This document shows, piece by piece, positions 52,893 through 64,000 of a DNA stretch of 64,000 bases. Source of the DNA: Haplodiscus bocki. Lineage: Eukaryota. The stretch's first letter is position 1. Each line of letters begins with the position of its first letter. The notes under the pieces are model-generated. The model had not been told where the DNA came from. It searched no databases and saw only the letters and a program-made list of their open reading frames with translations. A program made the translations under genes and the position numbers. The stretch lies in NCBI GenBank assembly GCA_965655095.1, contig OZ296657.1:26970001-27034000 (forward strand), read 5' to 3'.

Positions 52893-53301
52893 TGTACGAC
52901 GTCTCCTCAAGGTCTAAACCCATGGGCTGAGCGGATCAATAGACGGTGGCATCTACTTCAGGACGAGGATCATTCCGGGATAGATCTTCGGTCAGTTCCT
53001 GGTTTTCTATGTTCTTGTTCAAGGATGTTCCCGGCATGATTCCGGATTGAATGCGGACTTGTGGAATCAAAAGAAATTCTTCAAGTTTAGAGGGAACACC
53101 CATAATTGTGCTCTCTGTCCCACCGAACTTTTGAGATAATCTCTTTGTTTTCCTGTTCTCTATCTCCTCTGACACTTGAGTAATATACTCTTCCATTATT
53201 CTGGATACGGCTAAGTTTCGTGACTGGCTGTTCATGGGGGATCCTTCCTGATTGTTTTTAGCAACTGCTGCCAACTTTTTTTTGTTCTCTAAGGTTGCCA
53301 C
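52893..53301 (-). pseudogene. LTR-borne ORF relic homologous to 39687..40118
   Basis: ATLENKKKLAAV..EEYITQVSEEIENRKTKRLSQKF..SKLEEFLL..NDPRPE; GTG start and premature TGA at 52936. Confidence 0.7.
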
Positions 53302-53950
53302 ATTGGAGTGAGAATTGTGGAAAAGTTTTGAAGACTTAAATAGGGTTCTTTTTAAGAAATCGAAGTTTGAAAACAGAATTCAATAAGCTTGACCATAAAG
53401 AATGATACAATTACGACTAATAGCAAAACGTTACCGTTGATAATAAAAATAATAGTACTTTCATTTCTCCTATATACATCTTTTCCTTGGAGGGAAACAC
53501 ATATTTTTACACGCCAAGTCAAAATACAAAGTAGGGAAAAATACTGTAGTCATATTATTAAAAAAACAAAGTCGGCTCTGGCGAGAAAAAACACCTTGCC
53601 CTCTAACTCCTTCTTAACAGGCCGCGACTTTTCCATATTTCGTTGAAAAATCTATGGGCCTAGCTTGTCGGGAATGGACACCAAATGGCTTATTCCTACG
53701 CCGACACAATAAATTCTAATAAAAATAAAACGTCAAAGGTTATCCATGATTGGAAAAAAATGAAAAAGTTTCCGCAATAATTTAAGTGACAGATAAAAAA
53801 ACCAACGAATTATCATGAGTATTTCATGCTTTAGATAGGGGAGAAAACATGTGCTGGCTTATGAACGTTCATTGTGATTATTTGGAGAGGAGCTTAGTGA
53901 GAAGTGTGGGAAAACTAGGAGCGTTCCTAGCCTGTTCTTCAATTCGACTT
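52893..53950 (-). mobile_element. LTR family 1, diverged 5'-truncated copy C
   Basis: Ends ...ACGTCGTACA at 52893; upstream blocks ttggcgtgtaaa, cgccagagccgac and gtcggcgtaggaat are conserved. Confidence 0.65.
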
Positions 53951-56799
53951 ATCCGCTCCGGAATGTTCATTAAGGTGATCCGCATTTTTGCGGACCAATT
54001 TACATGCAAATTAAATACGAATGAAAATAAGTGTCTTTCAAAGAAAAATGCAGAGTTTCAGTCTTATTCTGCGTCTTGGGATCTTTTTTTTTTCAAGCAA
54101 CGTTGCTCGGGTGTGTGTCAACCTGGGAAACGTCGATTTTCACTTACGACCATGAAGTTTGTGAAAAAAAGAACAATTTTGCAAAAAGACCTGAACAAAA
54201 CTTTAATCACATGCAGTGTGTACAAAAAATTCAGGTAAATCGAACGACGCCCTGTCGTAGCCCTCAGTACGTTTTCCTCCAAATCAATCTGAGCTTATTC
54301 ACAAATAAAGAATGTTATTTTTAGGAGTCAGATAAAACTGACGTAAGTATTGCATTAATATGCACGCGACAGAGATCACCAGCAAAACACAGAGAAATTT
54401 CATGCTACACTAAACCCCGTTTGAAATAAAGTTTTGAATTATTTTTCGCCCCATATTTTAAAATATGGAAGACAATATATTGGATGGGTATGGGCGTTTT
54501 TTTCAGACAACTTTCACCAGTTTTGGCAGTTAAATAAATAGAATAGAAATAGATTCGTACAGCCAATCTTTCGTCTCAAAAACTTTAGTCTCTACCACTA
54601 TAGAAAACCTCCTTTTACTAGCTAAAAAATTTCTCATAATTACATACATCTATAGGGCAACAAATTTGCAGGTGCTAGCAACTATATTTTTTTCAATATA
54701 GTGCTGAGTACAAACATACCCGTTGATGGTTTGAATCCCTGCTATAACTAGACTTTTAGCCGGCGCTTTACAATGGAAACAAAAAATATTACAGTAAATG
54801 TTCATTGCTAGAAGGTCCAACAATACAACAATTTTCGTGAAATTTCAAGATAATTTTTTGAAAGCAAAATCTCGACAGGTGATCTAGAAGGTAAAACAAA
54901 AATTACGCGTTCGAGATGCCATAAATGCCGAAACTTTTACACTGTCAAAAGCCTTGAAAAACGTCACCCTTGAAAAAAAACTTATAATTTTCCATTAGCA
55001 ATCTTTCTCCAATTTTTTATACAACGCAACTCACCAAAATATTTTTCTCAAACCTTTTCATATTTTCAGTCTCAATAAAAGGACCGACTTGAGTTTTCCG
55101 GGCGGGTTTGTACGCAAAATAAAAGTTTGCGCCCGAGTACACAGGAGCAATAGATCACAATAAACATGTTTTGAAATCGAATCCTACCTGTGACCGTCGT
55201 CTTCGAACCGATTTCTCACCGGAGAAACATTAAATTTGGTATCTTCAGTCAAGAAAGATAAATATCGCAAAAATTATAAAAATCACAGCAAAGACTGCAA
55301 AAAAATTAGTTGTAAGTTACGCCTCTCATTTCCCCCAAAGTAGTTCAGCTAACACAAGTTCAGACGGGTGTATTTTCAATCTATTACCATTTCACTGATT
55401 CAGTATTATTTTAGTTTTAAAAAAATGTTTTTGTATATGGAAAAAAAATCAATCCAGAGCAGACAATGCAACGATTACAAAAGATCCTTTTTCTGTAACT
55501 TGCTGTTAAACAGATGGATAATATAGGGAAAGTTTAAGATAAAAATCAATCAAATTATCAGTAAAAAAAACACCGTCAGAAGAGGTAAAATCGTTTAATT
55601 TGAGCAAATTCGAGAAAAAAACTCAACTTTATGATCTTTAAAAGTTTCATGAAACTCAGTAAGTAGAACACATTATAAATTATGAAAGCAAAACCTACGA
55701 TAAAATAGCTTTTAGCGTGAAACCATGAAAACTTTATAGATATTCCGCAAAATATTTATGGATATTCCGCTTCATGCACGGAAAGTACGAATAAACTGGT
55801 TCAGAAAAATGAACAAAATGGAAACGCTTTCGCACAACATTCAAATATCGATCGATTTCTGCAAACGATGCTATAAATCTTTTTCTGCTGGAATGCACTG
55901 ATTGCCCCCCTGGAAGGCCGTTATTACGGAAAAGGATGTCTACGTGACCCCAGCAAGAAGGGGCGTCGGTGAGCAAAGCCACCGGAAGAGTTTGTTCACT
56001 GAAATTTAGAAAACTTGGCAAAGAAAAAGCATCGACAAATGAAAGATCAAAAAGGAAGCTGATTAGCTGCAGTCTTGAGCCATTCACTTTAATTACTAAT
56101 TGAGAAAATTGATAGTCACAATCAACTAACTAAATGCCGAATATTTATTTACTGACCATAAGATCACACAACCTCCACTTCTAAACCCCAGTCAACTGTT
56201 CTGGGCCTCGCACGTAGCCATGGGTACAGCAAGAACGAGACGCTGCGAGATTGAGCAATGAATTTCAAAACTTGAGAAAATGGAAATGTCATGATCGGTT
56301 AATATTTGATTTTTATGGACAGAAGATTTTTTTTTTCGGGACAACCCTAAGTACACAATTGTTATTGTTCTACGTTACTTGCAAACTGAATGATGAAGCA
56401 TTCAAACTGCGTGCATGAATTTAAAATATGTTTTGCAACAGGATTGAACGTTCGAATGTCAAAAATCTTGAGCACATTTAACAATGATATGGAATCGTAG
56501 CACATGCAGTTTCTCAATTTTGCCAGTGCACTATAACATCCGTCTCAAACCCGTTCAGATTTCACTGATGTGTGCTTACAAACGTTGTTTTCACATCATG
56601 TAAAATAATTTCTGAACACTTACCGGAGCAGGATCCAAGGATTTTTCAGTTTCTCAGTTTGTGCTCTGTTATTACCTTGCCCAAAAAAAACATTGCATGG
56701 AAAAAGATTTGAAAAGGGCTGTTATCAGTCAACAAGATATATAATACATTATAGTACATTTCAAGTTGGTTGGTCAAAATATAATTTTGAAAAAATGTT

Positions 56800-57800
56800 T
56801 TCACACATCCGGTTGATCAATTTGATTGACAAAAGTTGTTAAAAACATTGAAAAACATACTTTGCATTGAAAAAATGTTGAGACTACAAATCAGACTAAT
56901 TTTTGGGCACAAATTCGATTTTCATTCAAATTACCCTAGTTCAGATCACGGCAAACAAATGATAACTCGCCAAAAGTTAAGAAACGTCTTTACATCAATT
57001 TGCAGACTTTAGTCAGTGCTACAACTTTAATATGTAACAGATTTCCCTAAAATGAACTCTCAAAAAGTTTTCGAACAAAAATGATTAGACTAGTGTGTTG
57101 CCAACGTTATTAGATTTGTAAAGAACACCGGTTCTAGTTTTAGTTTTCCAACTTCTAGACTTTTCAACCAATTCTACTGAGACGAGCACCATTTTGAAGT
57201 TCTAAAAATTCTGTGCTACCGATATCCTGGTTCCCTTGAGCGCTTTTGGTCTGAGAGAAACTGCTGTTAGAGCTACTAACCTTCTTGGCCAAAAATGCAC
57301 CCACGGTTGACGTTGTTAGCGGATCATTTTGTCCTATATGGTTCCTGCAAAATTCAAGATTTTGCCACTTAATTGCTTCAACTACTGCAAACTAAAAAGC
57401 CTTCATCAGTAAAATTTTCGTCTACAATTTTCAGTTTGACCAGAATACCCCACAAAACTCAATTTGTACATCGTGTAAAGCATGAAAAGCCAACCAATTT
57501 GAAACGTATTTTAAAAAACAGTTTCAGAAGTTCTTTATGGCACATGTCAATTCCTAAAGATTTATGCTTCTTAGTTGAAACATCAGAATCATATATGCAT
57601 AATTTTGTTCAAGTAAGTACAAAACTTTCATAATGTGATACTCCAAAATCAACAGCTGACACCAAGTGCCGGAAAAGATGAGTGATTGACAGACATCAGC
57701 AAACTCTTTGTGCGAAAAACAGTTTCTGAACTCAAAGCGTTGTCTCATCTGGTAAAGAAGTGTTACCACATCTTCGACACCACATTTTTTTCAGAAACAT
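56800..57800 (-). pseudogene. Decayed gene cassette, homolog of 61460-62600 (minus) and probably 10.0-10.8 kb (plus)
   Basis: Shared tgcaaagtat..tttcaa..ttttt and aaagtttt.ta.tta (KVLYL) with 61.5-62.5 kb; SH.......FSG shared with ~10070-10120. Confidence 0.35.
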
Positions 57801-58579
57801 TTACTCTGAACTACGGTTACTCTTCTTGACTGGTTGTTTAGAAATTACAAGAAGTGCAGCGGCACTGCAGCATTTGTTGTTGTTTGTTCCCCAGAAAGAT
57901 AAAACACAATGCAAAATTGAACAAATCGATAATAACTCGAATTTTTTGCCAACTGCAAAAAACTCGAAAATATTTTTGAAGAAACTAACCGTTTGAAGGC
58001 TATTTTGCCATGAAAGTTCTAACTGTCGAAAGTTTTGGTATTTTGCAGTTTTTTAATATCTGAACTTGCGGCGAGAGAATGCAAAAAACTGTCTTTTAAT
58101 CAGAAAAAAGAAACCTGACTCATGTTTTTTCAGATTGCGCCATTTTGTCGTTCAATATTTAGGAAATTGGCACGGCAGAAAATGCAAAAATGAACAATTG
58201 CTTGCCAAAAAAGGCCGTTTTTTTACCTTTTGCACTAGATGAGAAGACTCTCTGATGACGTCAAGAAGCGTACGTTTTCAACAAGTTAAACATATAATCA
58301 GAAGAGCCGTTTTCAATTCACACTCTTCCTGCAATCAGAGTTTGTACCAAAAAATAGCTCGAGGTACAAATTATTCAAACTTTTAGTCGCCGCTTTACTT
58401 TAGTAAAAATCCGACTATTGTAATGATTTTTTTGGTCATAATATAACAGAATGGAATGGTTTGATCCTTTTTTAACAGACTTGGCCAAATTAGTCAAAAT
58501 GACGGTTTTGATGATACGAATTGTACCATTGCTTCCAGATTGTCCAATAAAAGTTCTTCCATACTGGAATTTTTTACAA

Positions 58580-59110
58580 TTTATATGGCCCAGTGTGTAA
58601 AACAAAAGGGCTCCGAGGCCACAAGTAGCCAATTCGAATCCTGGTATAAGCTATGTATTTTTAGTCCGGTGCTTTTTAGGAGAAAAAGTTCCCTACTGTT
58701 ACAATGACGTTTCCATTCTTTTTCTCGTAAGACGCTTTTCTAGTTTCAAAATGATCCACTCTTGTTTTTGTGGTCGACCCACTCTTCTTTTCATAAAACG
58801 CTTTGCTGGGTAGGTACGAGTTTTTCAAAACACTAAACGTTACCCCCAACATTTTTTTTTCGCACTGAGATTAACTTTTCCGATTGAAATCGTCATATCC
58901 CTAATTTATTTTTCCGAAATTTTTCAGAACCCAAAATTTTTTTGAAACAGGGAAGGGTACACCTGCGAAGTTTTTCTGAACTGAGAGATAAAAAATGGGA
59001 AAAATGATATCTTCTTTGTACATACCAAAAACTTTCGCTTTTTACAATTTATACCGGAAACGTACCAAAAATCTATCGAGTTCCGAAAAAATTGGATCTT
59101 GTCGCGTTAT
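58580..59110 (+). mobile_element. tRNA-derived SINE-like repeat with head
   Basis: A-box-like TGGCCCAGTGTGTAA (58586), B-box-like ATTCGAATCC (58632); body homologous to 46720-47160. Confidence 0.55.
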
Positions 59111-59329
59111 AGCTAACGCTTAAACAAATGTAATATATTTGTTAAATACTTGCAGTAAGCTATTAAAAAGGAAATGACTAATGTTAAATAACGGAACTGC
59201 AGACGTTATTGACTAACCTGGGAGCTGCTGGAGGACTGAAATAACGCGCAGTATAAAAGAAAGCTGAAGGATTGGAATTGCACAAGGAAAGGAAAAAAGC
59301 ATAAATCCTAAATTGCTGGCTCAACGCGA

Positions 59330-59900
59330 TTGGCTTAACGACTGGTAACGAAGTACGACGACGTAACATCGTTTTGTAGCTGGTACGGGAAAGCGGCTTG
59401 ATCATTACTTACTTACTCGCTTACCGGACGGCAGCCTTACTTATTTCCCTTTTACCTTACCTTACTCTCCTCTTTCGTTTTAATTTACTCCCATTCCTTT
59501 TAACCTTACCTTCCTTCCATTCTTGCTTGGTTAAAATTATTCTAAATTCTCTTCCTTCTTCTCTTCGGACAAAAAAATTCCAAGTCCCATTTTCAATCTA
59601 ACTTAGAAAATATTCCTCTTTCTGTCTACAAATTCTATACTCTTGCCATCGGATTATAAACGGTGTCCACTAACGCTAGCTTCGGTAATAGCGTGTGCGG
59701 ATTCCGCTGACGAGCTCCGGCTCTGAACTATGAGTGGATCTTAAACTGCACAACCCCCACGAGGTTGCTAGGAAACAGAATTGACGTTACTCATAGATCA
59801 AAGCTCAACTCGTCTGCGTCCGTGGGATTTAGAATTCATTCTTAATTTCGAGACACGGATTTAATATGCAGAACCCGTCCCTTTTCCAAAATTCAAACTA
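59330..59900 (-). repeat. Second copy of the 32990-33830 repeat
   Basis: Reverse-complement similarity over several blocks. Confidence 0.75.
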
Positions 59901-60170
59901 TTCCTACCGACTAGATAATCTTCTTTGACATTGCTATTTGCGGCGCTCTCCAATTGGTCAATTACTCGATTGCTATGTAACAGGGTATAAATACCCCGTA
60001 CTCTCTCATTCTCTTCATTCGCTTGCTACCACCAGCTAGCCTATTTCCCCGAGGCGAAACTCTCTTCCGCTTTCCCTTCATCATATTTCTGGAATTCAAT
60101 CTTATTCTCTGAAAATATTCTAAAAACAATTTAAAAAACCTGCCTTAACCAAATTTCCCATCACCTCGGC

Positions 60171-60440
60171 GAAAATATTCAAAGACTTCTTCGCCTGCAA
60201 AAATGTCTTAGCCGCAAATCATCAATATCCTGGAAATATTGAAAGACTTTTTAGCCTGCAAAATTGTTTTAGCCGCAAATCATCAATATCCTAGAAATAT
60301 TCAAAGACTCTTTCGCCGGCAAAAATGTCTTAGCTGCAAATCATCGATATCCTAGAAACATTCAAAGACTTTTTCGTCTGCAAAATTGTCTTAGCCACAA
60401 ATATTCAGTATCCTGAATATGTTCAAAGACTCCTTCGCCA
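60171..60440 (+). repeat. 61-bp minisatellite, ~4.3 copies
   Basis: aaagact at 60181, 60242, 60303, 60364, 60425. Confidence 0.9.
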
Positions 60441-60625
60441 GCAGTCAATCAGCAAGTAGTATCCCAGCCACGACCAGCTATCATCCACAACCAGTATCCA
60501 CGCAGCAGCTATTCGGCAACAACCGGCAGCAGCTAGCAGCAACCAGCAGCGACCAGTAGCAACCAGCTGCAACGAGTAGCAGCCATCAGCAATCAGCAGT
60601 AATCAACAGCAGCCAACATCAACAC
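60440..60625 (+). repeat. Degenerate (CAGCAAC/CAGCAG)n tract
   Basis: Seen directly. Confidence 0.7.
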
Positions 60626-61024
60626 GACCAATGCCATCTTCTAACGTAAAAGACCATATGACAATTTCCCCGTGTGCTATCTTGCGTTCACAACCTCAGA
60701 TAGGGCTGAGTAATTCCCCTCTTCCCTACGTGCAGTCATATTTCCTCCACGGTTCAACATGTTGAATTGTCACTATTTATAATTTAATTTTCTTTTGTAC
60801 TCTTCTTTATAGCTCACAAGTCGTTGCTTCAATTCACGCAATCCCTTTGTTCGCACGGTTAAGCAAGGAACACTAGTGAGACTTATAAATAATAGCTGTC
60901 GCTACAACGCAGCAGTGCTGACTGAGTCAACCGTCTGCACAATAAGTAAATAATATATTTGCAATACCTCTACCCCTACCACGTGCGACAACCTAGGGTC
61001 CAAATATTTTTCGTGTTTGCAGTG

Positions 61025-61110
61025 TATGTGGCCGAAAATGATGAACAAAAAAGGCTCTGAAGACACAGGCTGAGGGTTTGAACCCCGGCATAGGCTATAG
61101 TTTTGTACAT
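61025..61110 (+). mobile_element. tRNA-like SINE head, homolog of 58580-58660
   Basis: tggcc..aacaaaa.ggctc.ga...caca....ggtttgaaccccggcataggctat aligns with the 58.6 kb head. Confidence 0.55.
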
Positions 61111-61459
61111 TTTATTCCGGAATCTAACAAAAAGTCTACCTTTTTTCGAAAACATCTTGGACATTCGATCCAAATTTTTTCTTGATAACCCCCCTGATGA
61201 AATCTAAGTAGCGGAGTCGTACCCCAGCATAACTTATGTTTTCGGGTATTCTTTGCCGAAAAAACGCCAAAGTAGTTTCTTTCAAACATCAAAAATAACT
61301 CCGTCCTATGAGTGTTTTGAGCCATACGCGTGGCGCCGGCTCCGGCCATTCTCGACTGGTTCACAATGTAAAAATCGCTGAAAATCTTGAATGAATAATG
61401 TATGATAGATTCAGCAAAAAAGTTCCAAAAATCTTTTTAGAGAACAAACTCACCAGGAA

Positions 61460-62600
61460 GGTTATCTTGACGAGTTTCCGGTGTTGACATTGGAAATAGG
61501 AGGGCAATAAAACGTATTTATAATTGAAAATTTTCTTTGTGCTTTGTCCAAAGCTGGTTGATTGGTGATAAAAATGTTGAAAATACTTTGCAGCTGATGA
61601 AATGCAAAATTTGCAATGAATAACTCAACTTTGTCGTTCACTTGCACTTAAAAATATTGAAAGACACTCTTGAAAACTCGTTCACGAGTCACTTGACATG
61701 CTTAATTGTCCATCCCAATACCTAATTGCTGAAACTTTGAGGTTTTCAACAATCAATCAAGATTTTAATGCGATTACCTAGAACTTGCTGCATTTTGAAA
61801 GAGACAATTTTGCTAGCAAAGCTTCAGGTGGCCCTCTTGAATAATCTGACAATTTGCAGTCTTGGTCGTCCATTAATCAATCACCCAAGACTTTCAAGCT
61901 CATTATTTTGACGCCAAGGTAGATTTTTCACTTTATTGGTTTTGACGTTTTCACTGAGCAATGACCAAAACTGTCAACACGGCTAGCTTTGTCTAGACAA
62001 AACAGCTCTACTTAATGTTTAAGAACACTCAAACGACAAAATAAAACTCTTATCTGTAAATCTAGGAGTGGCACTTTTTTTATCAATAAGTGGTTCGTCC
62101 TTTCATCATTTGTTATGAAAACATTTCAAGGCGTCAAGTTTTTGTTTTAAGCTTTCTCATAAGAGTCGCCTGTCGCGAAGGCTAAAATTTGAACAAGAAC
62201 AAAACCCCTGAAACTGAAAAAAGTTCACAGCATCTGTTAAATTGGCTTTTTTACTAATTTTAGGCATGAACAAAATTTCAATAGCTCAACTGTGGTGCAT
62301 CTGAACAACTACATGCATAGTTAAGAAGCAGACAATTAAAACGAATAAATCAAAAGTCTCGTTTTTTTCTTCACCATAAACTCTTCCAACACTATACATG
62401 AATCCACTCCAACTCTAGACAATTTTAAAATGTTTTGCAGATGAAAATGCAAATTTCAAGTCAAAAGACGTCAAGGAAAATAAATATAAAACTTTACGTA
62501 AATATCTTCCCGTCCAGAAGATAATTTTGTCAACATAAGTTTGCACATTATGTTCACATAGTCAGTTTGCAATCAATGTAAAGCGATATCATGAAGCAAC
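61460..62600 (-). pseudogene. Decayed gene cassette, homolog of 56800-57800
   Basis: Short shared nucleotide/peptide blocks in the same order. Confidence 0.3.
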
Positions 62601-64000
62601 GAAGAAAATCACCAGATTCTCTGAACCAAATGAGATGAATGGCTAACAAGACACCTAGCTACTATCAGTGTGACTTTTGACAATTGTCATGAGACTACCA
62701 TATTTGGTGCTCCTTCAGCCTGACTACCACATTTGATACGCCTTGGCCTTGAGCTCACCATAGTTGGTTCAACCTTGAAAACTCTCAACAAAGCTGAAAA
62801 AGTGAGTGGCCGCGTTCAAGTTAAGAACTTCATAACTTTCTTTCACTCTCACCGGGAACTACCACTGCAATTTTTGAGAAGGCTTTTACCAGCTCTCTTT
62901 TTTAAACTTGAAACGTTGGTCTTCTCAAAATGCTGAAATTTTTGAGGATACAAATTGTTAAACTTCAAAGTTCTTACATATGACTTGCAAAAATATCCAG
63001 AGACTAAATTGTGCTATAAATTGGTTGGATCGCGTATGCCTTCAACAAGGTCACCCAACCTGGACAATTAAATAAAACTTAATATCAGCTATTGAAAAAT
63101 ACGGAAAGTAATTTTTTAAAAAGACTAAACATAGAAAAGGGCAACTCTCTAGACAAAACACTGAATAATTAGGATCGAACCCGTCGGTGAATTATCTCTG
63201 AACTAGAATACAACGGAAATGGGCCTGAAACCTAGAAGAATCCGCTCAGTGGTCCTGGCTCTCAGTACAGTGATGCTAAGTCTTGGATAAAGCAGTTACC
63301 AATCATTTTTTGATCAGAATCGGGTCCATTGGTGGACCGATGGAAATTTCTTGAAACCTAAAAGAATGTGCTTGGTTTCTACGCCATAACGCGAGCTAAC
63401 CAGTCTCAGTTACTAACCAATCTTCTGATCAAAAACTGGTTCAGGTGGTCAACCAATTCCTAGATTTTATTCTGGGTTGAGAAGTATAAACCTGGACCTA
63501 GGGGACTCCGATAGGTTGATTCGTCACGTGGATTACCTGGTCTTAGCTAAAAACCAAATGAGCAATTATTTATACTAAAAAAATTGGTAGAAAAAGCGGA
63601 TGAATATACTCTCCACCCCACCGTGAATGAAGAAAGACTGCAAATCACTGGTGCTCTACACCTCACTTCCATTTTGTTTGAAAGAAATACAAAAAAATGA
63701 GCTGTAGCTATATTGATTTGAAAAAAATACTTTCGTAAGGTTGGAAACGTTTCCAAAAACACTTGATCTTTAAAAGTCAAGTTTGTTTGCCCAATGCAGC
63801 TCTGAGGGTTTTTATAAAATCTAATTTGGACAGAATGAACCGATAATTTCAGACTGGTTTTTTGCTGCTTGACTGGAATAGAATGAATTTCGGGCCTAGT
63901 TTTTCTTTTCCCAATCTAGTACTGTTTCTTCTATAATTCAAATGCTTGACTTAGAGTTTTTTGAAGGTACGCTTTAAAGTTTCGGAACTTGACATAGAAT

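Larger units (their letters stand above)
51985..54590. repeat. Diverged ~165-bp inverted repeat pair (51985-52150 / 54435-54590)
   Basis: ttgtctg..aaaaacgcccatacc..ttttaaaa.atggg.cgaaaaata is present on opposite strands. Confidence 0.55.
59940..60906 (+). mobile_element. LTR-like repeat with CCAAT/TATA, 61-bp minisatellite and CAGCAAC tract
   Basis: ccaatt (~59950), TATAAATA (~59986), ends gtcgctaca; homologous to 41560-42400; no TSD found. Confidence 0.5.

Noticed and set aside
55734-56087. 117-aa minus-strand ORF as a host gene
   Set aside because: GTG start, no domain or splice support.
58580-58660. Functional tRNA gene (also 48860-48930, 61025-61100, 13530-13610)
   Set aside because: No complete cloverleaf could be folded; better explained as SINE-like heads.

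Overview
AT-rich, repeat-saturated eukaryotic (probably invertebrate animal) genomic DNA with two assembly gaps. I recognise no intact host gene, rRNA, tRNA gene or CRISPR array. The window is mostly mobile-element debris: a decayed Gypsy pol (1-1.7 kb), a decayed LINE RT (25.4-26.0 kb), a MULE transposon with TSD, tandem-array TIRs and a broken FLYWCH-MULE transposase (48.4-50.5 kb), a possible piggyBac relic, tRNA-derived SINE-like copies, MITEs and minisatellite-bearing LTR-like repeats. Two structures stand out. (1) Several LTR-like units (TG...CA, about 1.25 kb where both ends are visible) carry a 97-190 codon ORF that starts inside the unit and runs off its 3' end in the same phase (codon xAC, then A). 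In one copy this is followed by a tRNA-Leu-like PBS, which would create an in-frame ATG. (2) A palindrome at 17.2-24.7 kb has arms about 99.7% identical in the middle but diverged at the tip and core; its centre is duplicated across a 200-N gap, probably an assembly artefact. There is also a decayed multi-copy gene cassette with a ~177-bp (~59 aa) internal repeat. All alignments and identity estimates were made by eye.
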